In this document: in pieces, positions 9,101 through 18,917 of the stretch
How positions within the stretch are numbered: the stretch's first letter is position 1
How the letters are laid out: each line of letters starts with the position of its first letter
IMG/VR virus record: IMGVR_UViG_3300042898_002099
From: a virus
Reading direction: 5' to 3' (one strand)
Length of the DNA: 64,000 nt
Program-made: the position numbers and the translations under genes
The notes under the pieces: generated by a model
Databases searched by the model: none
What the model was told of the DNA's origin: nothing
What the model saw: only the letters and a program-made list of their open reading frames with translations

Positions 9101-10816
9101 AACATCAGGCTCTCTGAATAATCCATAATATGGAGTATTTGCTGGACCATATCGCCCCCAAAGCTCATTTGATGTATAAATTACGTTTGCAATATATTGC
9201 CCATCGGCAACTGAAACTCCATATTTCGTGGACCAATCTGCCCACGATGCTGGCACTTCTTTTACTGGGGAATATAAGTGATAGAATAATTTATATTGAG
9301 GTGCAACGTTGACTCCTCCAATATAACTATCATATTCAATGTTTTTATATGCAAGTGTACCAACTAATGTATTTGCACCTGTTGGATTTTTTACACTATG
9401 TAATTCCAAAAACAACGAGCTTGCAGTTAGTTCTGTAGGTGAAATAATCTTATACTGCAAATTAGCTAATTTAAAATAATTACCCTGTGTAGTATTAATA
9501 TTATAACCAGTCTTTGTTTCTGTCAAAGTAGACTTAGGAACAGAAACTTCTGTAGCACCTACCGTTCTTACTGGCAATCCCCCGACATATGCTTTACCCT
9601 CAGACAAAGAGAATTTTAAATCTGCATCAGTTTCTAGCCCAACAATTGGCGAAATCTTAAATTGATTTACTACATAGCTTCCAGATTCATCGTATGTTCT
9701 TTCTGCTAATTTTTTATCTAAATCGGCATCTGCAGTTAACTCTGCAAGGAATTCAATTTGCCCTTTATTGTAATTTAATAAAGGAATTACATCGCCGGCA
9801 ACGGTACCTTCAACTTTACCATCGTCATTGACATCTAAACTTACGAGGTTTAGATCTACTTTTAATCTATCAGCACCCGTTGCAAAATAATTTGAACTAC
9901 CAAACGCAGGATCTAAAAGTGTATTATCATCCTCACTTGTAATAATTTGTTGATCACTTAAATAACCAACCAATTTTGTTGGGTAAGCTGTGTTTTTATC
10001 CGGTACAATTCTTTGTAATGATGCTTTAACAAAAAACCCATATTTGTAAAAGATTGCATCATCCTGTGATACTATAGTTGTTGGATTTGTTGGTTTGGTA
10101 ACATAAGCAACATTTTGCCCACCAATAACAACATCCGGTGCATCACTAATTTCTATTTCTAAAGTATTTACAATTTTAGTGACATACAGTTTCTTTGTTA
10201 TAGAAGGATGTACTAATAAATCACCCACTTTAATAATTGTACTTGGGTTTGTTAGGACAACCGTTTTAGAAAATTGTTTAAGTGTAGATATTGCATTTTT
10301 TGTAATATCGGTTGTTGCAATTGCAGTGTAGCTAGGTGTTGCTTTGTTTAATGCATCTGTATAATCAGTATAAAAATACAGTTCATCGTTTTCTGTAAAC
10401 ATACCATCATTTTCTATATTGTATTTCTTTAAAGAAATAACAATACTAATAGGGTCACCTAATTCAGGATCATCTGCTTCATATACAAACTCTACATAAC
10501 CTAAAACTTCTGATGTTGCTGTAGTAACATACGTGTTCAATAAATTTGAAACAGTAATAGGTGTGCCGCGCGAATCTGTATTTTTTAAACGAATTGTTCT
10601 TGCATCAAGATTAACTGACGGGGCAGGGCCTGAAACTTTACTACCATCTTTGAATAGAAAATTACCTACAGACTTAATTTGATTTTGTAATATTGTCTGC
10701 GATTGAGTTAGTTCTCTTGCTTGTACCGCTACACCGGGTTTGAATAACACTCGAACGAAGTTTTTATCTTCATCGAAGTCATCAAAATATGGTGAAACAT
10801 TTGTTAGTACAGTCAT
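6182..10816 (-). CDS. VrlC/DUF4815-family structural protein, N-terminal half, ending in a hydrophobic segment and peptidase S74 chaperone domain
   Basis: SPYFDDFDEDKNF.RVLFKPG.AVQARELTQ.Q, A.RTYDESG.Y, LDNGQRD.FYD, RFTMRDIGK; C-term FSDERMKTN...GLNLYQYEY...GYMAHEVE..YP.AV...GYKSVNY. Confidence 0.85.
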   Translation of the reverse strand: MTVLTNVSPYFDDFDEDKNFVRVLFKPGVAVQARELTQSQTILQNQIKSVGNFLFKDGSKVSGPAPSVNLDARTIRLKNTDSRGTPITVSNLLNTYVTTATSEVLGYVEFVYEADDPELGDPISIVISLKKYNIENDGMFTENDELYFYTDYTDALNKATPSYTAIATTDITKNAISTLKQFSKTVVLTNPSTIIKVGDLLVHPSITKKLYVTKIVNTLEIEISDAPDVVIGGQNVAYVTKPTNPTTIVSQDDAIFYKYGFFVKASLQRIVPDKNTAYPTKLVGYLSDQQIITSEDDNTLLDPAFGSSNYFATGADRLKVDLNLVSLDVNDDGKVEGTVAGDVIPLLNYNKGQIEFLAELTADADLDKKLAERTYDESGSYVVNQFKISPIVGLETDADLKFSLSEGKAYVGGLPVRTVGATEVSVPKSTLTETKTGYNINTTQGNYFKLANLQYKIISPTELTASSLFLELHSVKNPTGANTLVGTLAYKNIEYDSYIGGVNVAPQYKLFYHLYSPVKEVPASWADWSTKYGVSVADGQYIANVIYTSNELWGRYGPANTPYYGLFREPDVEGVYFWYNTWINNNKDIEKVRAEVVAAVSSATADPTDKARSLTNVKAYLEVVNGSPFYDGLINVKQIRSVVGVSNGLTSHGTAATYSSPFFYADIASDGIATSGVTTIFDSNRPAERLLFPINKTYVKNVDTIRSEYIRVFNNAVFSSGVFSKTLSAPETFALGDGIIPASTARTNFIVLVKSGATGNTNLGAYNFERGTTTIAGDSATLTINMNDPSFTGIADVSLKIESDDLQPRTKTLVENHAKIVNVALADYAYSLGKSDITSFKNLYALSNVGKYLGSWISTTSYNYNDIVTLDSTAYIAIAPTSNISPVNANAWTSLISETNTNYILDNGQRDTFYDHGTVKFISAANPPGNVLVLFDYFTHTGEGPATVQSYPASYYSRIPTYRSVVDSNEFNLRDAIDFRPRRIDDSLYYNFAASIIPTSTVNTEADVTYYLGRKDRIYVTNTLQNYDSPYNKFYVQQGIESANPKEINDISDISKLSLAVLEIPPYARSSFDVKITYDDNKRFTMRDIGKIETLAINLDKAVKLQSIEIANLRSIVTNDNGDTLLKSGILVEDFTDTDKADLTSGYFGVAVDTDEQECFPGFAVYNVDLNVVADIDILEINDLITMKYVNEVFASQLEANSFINVNPGAINDGVGRAEISKKNSFNINIWLTGGLLLFGGLVASKVITAYSIAALADGIGIGGFANTAAFYGESILSVAWGAVRDIGLNFYNSISSIDGLSKFVNSGFTTLKDMTSFVSDWLTGSSSVIPSTTAGLATATELSLLNSQLLTSGAANFSTALTSLTDTLGGIFSNSFSTTLSGLQTGLTQLVSASATFVFAGIAQGASALAAATTGVPILGAATAAIASGATTFAAYISTAPVLIQVAAVVAVAYVAVKVVKVVWKGLKKLFSDERMKTNVKFVRKMPNGLNLYQYEYRKEFKDIAGHGVFEGYMAHEVEKRYPKAVQIENNGYKSVNYSLVGI

Positions 10817-10825
10817 ATCTTTTCC

Positions 10826-12124
10826 TTAAAATTCTATTACAAGATGTAAATTATCTGTTTGATCTATTGTTCTAGTTACAGGTTCTCTATTTTCCAAATA
10901 AAGTATTTCACCGGTGTCTTGCATTACTTCTGATAATAAAGATTGTGTAACTATTGCTGTTGCTCCGGAAGTCCTGCCTATCACAGACTCTCCGATTGTA
11001 AATGGTTTATAATTTTCTGTTGTTCCAAATGATTGAATATATCTAATATATCCGTTTCCTGAAACCACATTTGATGTTACTGCATAAGCATTTGCTTTAC
11101 TAGTAATACCAACAAGGTATTCGTTGTTTATAAATGTGCCATTTACGTTACTTACATTTATACCAACCAATCCAGATAATGTTGCAGCATTTGCCAAAAC
11201 ATTGCCTGTCTGCATTGGATTTTTAACTATACCCACTTTTCTAAAAGAAAATCCTGTAGGGAAATCTCCGTATCCTTCATTGTATTCGGCTTTTACATTT
11301 AACATAACATAATACGCACCTAATTCCGATACAGGATCATATCCATGCCCATTAACAGGACTCAATATTGCTTTAATGTTTGCTAACCTGCCTGTGCCTT
11401 GATTGTCTGAAATATATGCATTTGCAAATCTATATTTTGAACCAGCATTGGTATATACAAAATCATAGATAACGCCTAAATTTTGTTTGGCTGAAATATT
11501 TGCATTTATGCCGTCGCCCTCTATTGTAACTTTTGAGAATACTGAATAATCTAAACCGCCATTATAAATTTTAATATTTTCTATAGCACCATCTTTTGCA
11601 ACAGTTGCAACATCTGTATTTGTTCTTACGGGCATCCAATTGTCTGTTAAGAACTTTAATTTGTCTGATGTAGATACAGTATATAAGTATTTCCACTTAT
11701 AACTATCAGAAGTAGTAAATATATTTAAACTTTTTCCCGTTGGTTCTACTGTAGATGCAGATCCACCTACATTGTCGATACACTTATATACATCAAAATC
11801 TCTATTGATTACATAGAAATTTTTTGTCAATAATTCTGTGTCCTCGTGGTCATATTCAGCATATATTGTTTGAGCCTCCCAATTTATACGCTTAATAACA
11901 TTAACCATATTAGTAGGCACTATGCGTTTTAAACTAACAATTTCATCCCATGTTTTAGAATAATTTTGTTGTGAATCTTTAGGGTCTGGCGGAAAATCGC
12001 CCTCACCCCAGGGGTCGGGTTTTGCTAAGAACATATATAATGTGTTTTCTCCGGAAACAGTATAACTGTCCAAGAAACTCTTAGCATTACTGATTTTAAA
12101 TTTGTTAGTTACTATGTTAGGCAT
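10826..12124 (-). CDS. gp8: Baseplate wedge subunit gp8
   Basis: FYVIN.DFDVYKCIDN, EPTG, D.YKWKYLYT, GEILYLENR.P..R..DQTD. Confidence 0.9.
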   Translation of the reverse strand: MPNIVTNKFKISNAKSFLDSYTVSGENTLYMFLAKPDPWGEGDFPPDPKDSQQNYSKTWDEIVSLKRIVPTNMVNVIKRINWEAQTIYAEYDHEDTELLTKNFYVINRDFDVYKCIDNVGGSASTVEPTGKSLNIFTTSDSYKWKYLYTVSTSDKLKFLTDNWMPVRTNTDVATVAKDGAIENIKIYNGGLDYSVFSKVTIEGDGINANISAKQNLGVIYDFVYTNAGSKYRFANAYISDNQGTGRLANIKAILSPVNGHGYDPVSELGAYYVMLNVKAEYNEGYGDFPTGFSFRKVGIVKNPMQTGNVLANAATLSGLVGINVSNVNGTFINNEYLVGITSKANAYAVTSNVVSGNGYIRYIQSFGTTENYKPFTIGESVIGRTSGATAIVTQSLLSEVMQDTGEILYLENREPVTRTIDQTDNLHLVIEF

Positions 12125-12128
12125 CTAT

Positions 12129-12136
12129 TATTTATT
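12129..12136 (-). promoter_or_regulatory. T4-type late promoter (AATAAATA) upstream of gp8
   Basis: 7/8 match to TATAAATA just upstream of the start codon. Confidence 0.5.
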
Positions 12137-15100
12137 ATAAGTTAAATAGCGATGTTACGGAATCGGCTGTCAAACTATTGGATGCATTGCTTGCACGCAA
12201 TGCAGGATTATCTATAGTAATTGCCGAGAACGTATCTATTTCTGTATCGTTTGTTACTTTCACTTCTAACGACTTTGCATTATATGGCATTGTTTCATTA
12301 TTTATTTCGCTAAAAACACTCAATCCTGCAGGATGTAGTACAGAGCGAATACTGCTACCCCATTCTTCTATAGACTTAGATGAACGTATAACATACGAAA
12401 ATGGTTGATAAAATGCAATCGAATCTTCTGTTGCATATTGGGTCTTGCCTTGCAGATACATATTTTCTGATAGCTGTCCCGATGTATCTTTCCAATATGA
12501 TTTTGCAATAGCCATACCACCTATGTTGGCACGCAATGTTGCAGTATCTAAAAAGCGAAGGACTATATTTCCAGTATGCGTAGCAGCCGAAGATAAATAT
12601 GTGTTTCCAGAATCTATAATTTCAATTAAAGGTGATGATGTATTCCTATTTGGTATTTCTATATAGAAAAATTCAGCTTGCTCAAACAAATAATCGTCTC
12701 TAATTTCAAGAGTTATATTTGCAATGTTTGAACTAATTGCAGGAAAATACCCGTCTAAAGAACTTATTCTATCAAAATCACCTAAAGTAATATCACCCTT
12801 TTGACCTATAATTCTCCAAGGAATTATAGTACCGTCAGGTATATTTGAAGTGACTAATGATAAAGTAACATTGCTACCTTCAACTACCCTGGTCCTATTT
12901 GCGTTAATAACAAAATCGGGTCTGGTTGTAACTGAAGTATCTAATACTGTTATTGTACTTGATACTTGTAAAGAATATGGAAAAGTAGGATCTAATAATA
13001 AAACTATTGTTTCAAGCCCTTCAGATTTTTTATCATCTAAAACAGTTAACGTAAGATTTGCTTGTGTTTGGTTTGCTGTTCCTGTAGGTAAAAATGTAAG
13101 AACTCCGGTAAGAACACCTTCTGCAATATCATCTGCTTGTATACCAAATATTCTATATGGCACAACTGTACCAGGAGTTAGATCTACTGCCTTTATAAAG
13201 AAGTTAGCATAACTACCTTCATATATTGCAGAAGAAACAGATGTTATACTAAATTTAACTACTATATTTGACGTTGTAGTTGAAGTATCTTTTACGATGA
13301 CGCCTATGTTTTGATTTGCGCCCGTACCTGTTAAAGTTAAATAAAATGTTTCATCAAATTCTGTTTTTAAATCTTTTTTAAGATCCAGTGTTATTCTGCC
13401 TTGATTGCTACGAACATTAAAATTTCCAGACAACGAAGTTAATCCGGTAAAATCATCTGTACCAATACCAGTTCCCGTAATTGTAAATGGCACCAATGTG
13501 TTATTAGGTATACCGCTGGTATCCAATATAATCGTTACATTGGAGCCTTCGTTTACCGTAGATGAAGTTGTTGATAGGGTATACGTTGGCACCACAATAG
13601 GATCTACAGATTTAAGTTTCACAGAAATATCATCATTGCCAGTATTAATATACAACGTGTCTATTAATGTAAGATAACGATTGGGCGACCCCTGCAAACT
13701 AAAAAGGTCATTAGCACCTCCAGCAGTGTCTGGAATTTGATTTAATTTAGCATTTGCTATTATAAGATTTCGAGCAGCACTATGAGATAATGTCGGCGAT
13801 GCTTCTAACGCACATGCCAACATGCCGGTGACCTGCGGCGCAGCCATACTCGTCCCACTAAGTTTTGCTATATAATAAGCGCTGTTTCTTGGATCAGGTA
13901 CAGGAGTAGTACCTGTCGTGGCGCCGGTAGTTGTAAGCCACGCACTGGCAATAAGTGCTCCGGGTGCATACAAATCAACTCTTGGACCACAAGAGCTCGT
14001 GTCTTGTTTTCTGTCTGCACCTGGACTTGAAATTGAAGATGATATATTACCTACACATATGACAGTCGATGTGGAACCCGGTGAAGAACCTTGGTTAAAA
14101 TATATAGGATTACCCGAATTAATTCCCGATGCTGTCACAGTATTGTTATAATCAATATCGGTGGGATCGGTTGTTATTTTAACACTATCATTACCAGCGC
14201 AGGCTACCATAATAATGCCAGCATCAATACAAGCTTGTATATCAGCATCCATCGCAGCATTTCTTAGTCCAATAAGAACATTATTGCTGGAGTTAACAAT
14301 AATGCCATACGTTGCCAGCTGATTAATAGTAAATGGGCCAGACACAGTTGAGCCACGATATGTCAGAGAAGTGATATTACCATATGGGATTGTGTAGCGA
14401 GAATACCAACTACTGTTTACGATTGTTGGCGTCATGTTGCCAACTGAACGTTTTTGGTTGTGCCACTCTAATATGTATTTGTACAAATAGGTATATTGTA
14501 CGCCACCTGTTACATATTGAGGACTTATGTTATAGATGTTAGCATTAGGCGCCCAACCTTGCGTATTTCCCGCAGCAATACCTGCCACGTGTGCTGCATG
14601 TCTGCTATCATCAGAAGAAGAAGTACGATTAGTTGTTATTGGAGGATTATATACACTGCCATATGCGGCATCACCGGGTATGTTTAGATTATACCAATTA
14701 AAATACTTTACTCTACTGCCGCCAGTGCCATCTGAATTCACAGCAAATTCAGGATGAGATGGATCTAAGACCCCATCTACGATAACTATATCAACGTTTT
14801 TACCACTGGCTTTAAGCGCAACTGTACCAGACAAGTTTGAAGTTGCAGTGGCTGGCGAAGATCCCCAATTGTTATTAGGATTAGACCCATACCAAGACCT
14901 ATATAATCCCCAATTGCGGTCTAAATTAGTCACAGTAAATGACTTGCTCCAACTGCCAGATGTTCTAGACCAAGAAATCAAATTAGTTGAGTCAATCAAA
15001 AGCCCACCTGCAACGCCAGATAGTCTCAATACAAATGTTTCATCTGATTCTGTTTTTAAATCGTTCTTAATATTTAAAGTTATTCTACCTTGATTATTGA

Positions 15101-15281
15101 GAATAATAAAGTTACCAGACAACGAAGCTAAACCTACAAAATCGTCTGTATCAATACCTGTACCAGTAATTGTATATGGCACAAGTGTATTATTCGGTAT
15201 ACCTACAGTATCCAATGTAATTGTTACAGCGGAACCTTCGTTTACTGTAGATGATGTTGCTGATAGAGTATACGTTGCCAT
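12135..15281 (-). CDS. gp7-type baseplate wedge C-terminal protein with Calx-beta-like repeats and an S8 subtilisin domain
   Basis: Catalytic motifs VDIVIVDG, HAAHVAGIAAG, GTSMAAPQVTG; four S..V.EG...E.DETF-type repeats; C-term FYQPFSYVIRS...W...LHPAG..VFSE as at the gp7 C-terminus. Confidence 0.8.
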   Translation of the reverse strand: MATYTLSATSSTVNEGSAVTITLDTVGIPNNTLVPYTITGTGIDTDDFVGLASLSGNFIILNNQGRITLNIKNDLKTESDETFVLRLSGVAGGLLIDSTNLISWSRTSGSWSKSFTVTNLDRNWGLYRSWYGSNPNNNWGSSPATATSNLSGTVALKASGKNVDIVIVDGVLDPSHPEFAVNSDGTGGSRVKYFNWYNLNIPGDAAYGSVYNPPITTNRTSSSDDSRHAAHVAGIAAGNTQGWAPNANIYNISPQYVTGGVQYTYLYKYILEWHNQKRSVGNMTPTIVNSSWYSRYTIPYGNITSLTYRGSTVSGPFTINQLATYGIIVNSSNNVLIGLRNAAMDADIQACIDAGIIMVACAGNDSVKITTDPTDIDYNNTVTASGINSGNPIYFNQGSSPGSTSTVICVGNISSSISSPGADRKQDTSSCGPRVDLYAPGALIASAWLTTTGATTGTTPVPDPRNSAYYIAKLSGTSMAAPQVTGMLACALEASPTLSHSAARNLIIANAKLNQIPDTAGGANDLFSLQGSPNRYLTLIDTLYINTGNDDISVKLKSVDPIVVPTYTLSTTSSTVNEGSNVTIILDTSGIPNNTLVPFTITGTGIGTDDFTGLTSLSGNFNVRSNQGRITLDLKKDLKTEFDETFYLTLTGTGANQNIGVIVKDTSTTTSNIVVKFSITSVSSAIYEGSYANFFIKAVDLTPGTVVPYRIFGIQADDIAEGVLTGVLTFLPTGTANQTQANLTLTVLDDKKSEGLETIVLLLDPTFPYSLQVSSTITVLDTSVTTRPDFVINANRTRVVEGSNVTLSLVTSNIPDGTIIPWRIIGQKGDITLGDFDRISSLDGYFPAISSNIANITLEIRDDYLFEQAEFFYIEIPNRNTSSPLIEIIDSGNTYLSSAATHTGNIVLRFLDTATLRANIGGMAIAKSYWKDTSGQLSENMYLQGKTQYATEDSIAFYQPFSYVIRSSKSIEEWGSSIRSVLHPAGLSVFSEINNETMPYNAKSLEVKVTNDTEIDTFSAITIDNPALRASNASNSLTADSVTSLFNL
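13326..13589 (-). repeat. Second copy of the ~88-aa N-terminal Calx-beta-like domain (first copy ~15015-15278)
   Basis: TYTLSxTSSTVNEGSxVTIxLDTxGIPNNTLVPxTITGTGIxTDDFxGLxSLSGNF...QGRITL...DLKTExDETF occurs twice, flanking the protease. Confidence 0.9.
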
Positions 15282-16658
15282 TTAAAATCCAGGATATTTG
15301 TATCTAATTGATCTTACATTTGGAATAGATGTAATTGTAGCATTATGTGAGGTATTGTCAATTGGACTAAACACATTTCCAGTATAATATGCGTTTATAT
15401 TTTTACCTCTGACTAAACCGTGTTGTATTGGAAATGTTAAGGTAACTTGTCCATTTTTAACAATATAAGTTCCTGTTAAAGATTCAGTTGGTAATCCGGG
15501 ATCAATTATTGTCTTTGCGCTATAATTTAATCCGGGTTCAATAATTTCTATATTTGTGATTGCGCCAAATCTATTCACACTATTAATTTTTGCTCTTCCA
15601 AGAATACCCGCCTCGTCAGTAATATTTATTGCATTATTCTTTTTATATCCTAACCCACCGTCGACGATATCTATTCTGCTAACAACTGAATATAGTCTTG
15701 CTGTTAATTTGGTTGTTGTAAAATTTTCACCTGTGAGTAATATAGTTTTTGTTGCAGATATTTGTTCGTCTGCTAAAAATTCTCCAGTAATACTAGTTGT
15801 ATCTAACATTAATTCATATACATCAAATCCGTTCAAATCAATTTTAATTACTTTATTAACAATTGCTTTTGCTTTTGACGTTATACCAACTATTTCAGTA
15901 TTTTCAAAATCAAAAATGTTTTGTCTACCGGTAATTTGCTTAACTCTTAGAGCTCTAGGAGTAACCAATTTTCCATCAGATGATTTTAAAACAATATCAT
16001 ACGGATAGAAGAAATCAATAGATTCTCTGTAAAGAACATTGAACAATAATCTATATGCGGGCTCAGTGCCTTTTTTACTATAGATTTCTCTTATTTTCTT
16101 TATCAGCAACCTATTATTTGCGCTGCTAGAAACAGTTAAATCGCTTGCATAATTTTGAATAAATCTAGTAACTAAATTTTCTGTTGTCTCATCGATGTCT
16201 GCATATTTAGAAATATCCTGTAATATCTCTTGTGCTTGATTATTTTGTTCTAAAAATTCATAGTATGCTTTTATGAATGTGACAAACATACCATAATCAG
16301 ATTGTATGAAATCTGGTAACTGATCCTCAACTAAAATTGATAATCTATTTTGTATTCTTTTAAAAGGATTCTCTGCACCATTACCGTTATGCAAGGTATA
16401 AATTAAAGGATCTCTTAATTGTGCTAAATTCTTAAAACTATCTGGTATATAAAATTCACCCGTTCTACCATAAAATGTTAGTGTCTGATAAATGCCTTTG
16501 CCGGCTCTATCTATATCTGCTTGTATTGCTTCTTTACGTGTAGTGTATAACGGATAAAACCATCCTTCTAGATAACCAGCAAAAGATTCGGGTCTAGATG
16601 TTCCGTATAATTTTAAAGGACCCAATAAAGTATCGGGCGCAAAAATATTTTCTGCCAT
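15282..16658 (-). CDS. gp7: Baseplate wedge initiator gp7, N-terminal half
   Basis: LVEDQLPDFIQSDY.MFVTFIKAYYEFLE, IKKIREIYSKKGT..AYRLLF.VLY, LKSSDGK; located after gp6. Confidence 0.75.
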   Translation of the reverse strand: MAENIFAPDTLLGPLKLYGTSRPESFAGYLEGWFYPLYTTRKEAIQADIDRAGKGIYQTLTFYGRTGEFYIPDSFKNLAQLRDPLIYTLHNGNGAENPFKRIQNRLSILVEDQLPDFIQSDYGMFVTFIKAYYEFLEQNNQAQEILQDISKYADIDETTENLVTRFIQNYASDLTVSSSANNRLLIKKIREIYSKKGTEPAYRLLFNVLYRESIDFFYPYDIVLKSSDGKLVTPRALRVKQITGRQNIFDFENTEIVGITSKAKAIVNKVIKIDLNGFDVYELMLDTTSITGEFLADEQISATKTILLTGENFTTTKLTARLYSVVSRIDIVDGGLGYKKNNAINITDEAGILGRAKINSVNRFGAITNIEIIEPGLNYSAKTIIDPGLPTESLTGTYIVKNGQVTLTFPIQHGLVRGKNINAYYTGNVFSPIDNTSHNATITSIPNVRSIRYKYPGF

Positions 16659-16659
16659 T

Positions 16660-18504
16660 TTATTGTGCGGTTACTGTTACTGTTAACCCAGCTAAACGCT
16701 TGGATGTTGTATCTAATGTGCCATCATCTATAATAAGTATTAAATCTTTTGTTGCGTTAATATCTAATTCTTCAATTTTAGCATAAAATCGAATGTCACT
16801 TGTGTTTTCAATATATCCTGCAGGATTTAAACTTGCTATAGATATTGTTCCATTGACATAATCAACGGTTCCTAGTGATGATACTAATAAACTATCTGTA
16901 TAAAGATCATATAAATTTAAACTACTAGTACCGTTTGTTGTTAAAATATCTTTAATGTATACTGCTTTTATATCATCATTTATTTTATAAAAAAATCCTG
17001 TAGACTGTATGCTTCCTGATAATAATTTATTTGCAAATTTTATAGTTGTTGCGCCGGTATAACTATTTGATATATTAACTACAGGCGTTATTCTTTTATG
17101 AATTCTAAAATTTGTTACGTTACCAACAATGGATGAGTTAATTGAATCTATTGTCTTAGATAATTTAGAATATACAAAATCCTTATCAAATTGTTGTAGT
17201 TCTGTAGAAAAATATTCTTCAATTTTTGCTTTAGCTAAGATTTGTATTTCGGGTGTGGTATATCTTGAATTTGCTGGATCAAATTTTACTTTTGTTTCCA
17301 AAGTAATATGTAAGTAATTTGGATCAACAAATTCAGGTATAATAGACATTATTTTTTTATCTTGTAAAATGTCTTGCAATATTTTATTTTTAAGTTCTGT
17401 ATTAATAGTGTAGCCAAAATATGGCTTCAATGAAATAATAACCTTACCATATTTTGGTGGAATGTTTTCTTCTCCTCCCCAAACAGATACAGATTCCACT
17501 AACGGATAATTGGATTCAATAATTGCTTTATAATCTTTTGCTGTCACTGCTCTATTAAATGAAGATAAGAAACGAGGAGCTTTAAATTTAATGTCTTCTA
17601 ATGTGTCTGGTTCAGCACCACCCGTTGAGTTTGTTGCCGCTATTATAGTAGACCCTAAATTAACACCGCCTACAAGTGCGCCCAACGAAAATCTTTGTTC
17701 TATCTCCCCAGACACATTGCAAACGGAACCATTACTAATTAAGTATTCAATTTTTACTAAATTACCAGATACTAATTTTTTGCCCAAAATATTGTCACCA
17801 AAAAATATTTCATAAAATCCAGAAGGATTTTCTTCTAAGAAAAACACTTTTGATTCGGCTGTCAATGCTTCTAAATTGTCTGTTAGACTATAACTTTGTG
17901 TTGTTAGATCAGTGTACGAATTTTGAACCGTTACCCTAATTGTGGTTGTATCTATATTTTTATTTGGTATTGTATATTTTTCTTCAGGTCCAGAAACATC
18001 AACTCTATAAACATAACTTAATGATTCACCCTCTACTATGTCAATATCTGTGAATGTATAGACACCATTTGTTGGTTTAATTGTTACTGAATCTAAGTTT
18101 GAAAACGTATACTGAGTATTATTAATTGTTGTGGTAAAGGGTGAAAACTTAGGTAGTGTTAAAGTGGGCGGCGTATCTACCGGATCATTAATTGTGAATG
18201 AAACTTTTGCTATAGCGCTTCTATAAGACAATGGTCGATATCCCAAATGTTTTGCAATTGATACCGCAGATTCTCTTTTAACGACAGAATCTAAAAACAT
18301 TTCATTCGCAACCATATTTGCTAAGTAAGCATTATAGTGTGTATTGTATGATAACAAATCTATTAGTATAGATAAACTAGATGCTTCAAAATCATAATCT
18401 TTAAAAATAAGATTATTATCTTTATCTCTATAGTTTGTTAAAAATTGTTTGAGATTGACTTTAATATCATCAAAGTCTAATTCTGCTAATCTGTAATTTG
18501 CCAT
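16660..18504 (-). CDS. gp6: Baseplate wedge subunit gp6
   Basis: LDFDDIK.NL, DYDFE.S.LS.LIDLL.YNTHYNAY.ANM..NEMFLDS, RAVTA.DY, VWGGE...PP.YGKV. Confidence 0.95.
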   Translation of the reverse strand: MANYRLAELDFDDIKVNLKQFLTNYRDKDNNLIFKDYDFEASSLSILIDLLSYNTHYNAYLANMVANEMFLDSVVKRESAVSIAKHLGYRPLSYRSAIAKVSFTINDPVDTPPTLTLPKFSPFTTTINNTQYTFSNLDSVTIKPTNGVYTFTDIDIVEGESLSYVYRVDVSGPEEKYTIPNKNIDTTTIRVTVQNSYTDLTTQSYSLTDNLEALTAESKVFFLEENPSGFYEIFFGDNILGKKLVSGNLVKIEYLISNGSVCNVSGEIEQRFSLGALVGGVNLGSTIIAATNSTGGAEPDTLEDIKFKAPRFLSSFNRAVTAKDYKAIIESNYPLVESVSVWGGEENIPPKYGKVIISLKPYFGYTINTELKNKILQDILQDKKIMSIIPEFVDPNYLHITLETKVKFDPANSRYTTPEIQILAKAKIEEYFSTELQQFDKDFVYSKLSKTIDSINSSIVGNVTNFRIHKRITPVVNISNSYTGATTIKFANKLLSGSIQSTGFFYKINDDIKAVYIKDILTTNGTSSLNLYDLYTDSLLVSSLGTVDYVNGTISIASLNPAGYIENTSDIRFYAKIEELDINATKDLILIIDDGTLDTTSKRLAGLTVTVTAQ

Positions 18505-18903
18505 TTATCGTACTCTACTTAGTAAAGTTGTAATTGTTATTGGATTGTCTGTATTCTTTAAAGCAAATACTATATTCACAAGTAAATCGTTATCCTCAAC
18601 TGTTTCCGAAACATTTACCTCTATTAATCTAACTCTTGTTTCAAATTTTGTTATTGATTGCTGTATAGTTCTTTCCATTGCAAGTTTTACTGCTGGCGAA
18701 AAGTTTTCAAAAAGCAATGAATGTACTTGTGTACCTATTTCGGGATGAAAAGGTCTTTCAAAATTTCGTGTTTGTATTAGATGTTTTAAAGCTGTTTTAA
18801 CTGCTTCCTCATCTGTTTTTAAATACAGGTCTTTCGTAAAAGGGTTAACCTTAAAAGAAAGATCTAAATCTACAAACTTTTTTATCGATTTTTGTGTTGC
18901 CAT
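18505..18903 (-). CDS. gp25: Baseplate wedge subunit gp25
   Basis: DLDLSF..NP, ERPFHPEIG, LLFEN, FE.RV. Confidence 0.93.
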   Translation of the reverse strand: MATQKSIKKFVDLDLSFKVNPFTKDLYLKTDEEAVKTALKHLIQTRNFERPFHPEIGTQVHSLLFENFSPAVKLAMERTIQQSITKFETRVRLIEVNVSETVEDNDLLVNIVFALKNTDNPITITTLLSRVR

Positions 18904-18909
18904 AATTGA

Positions 18910-18917
18910 TATTTATT
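18910..18917 (-). promoter_or_regulatory. T4-type late promoter (AATAAATA) upstream of gp25
   Basis: 7/8 match to TATAAATA. Confidence 0.5.
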
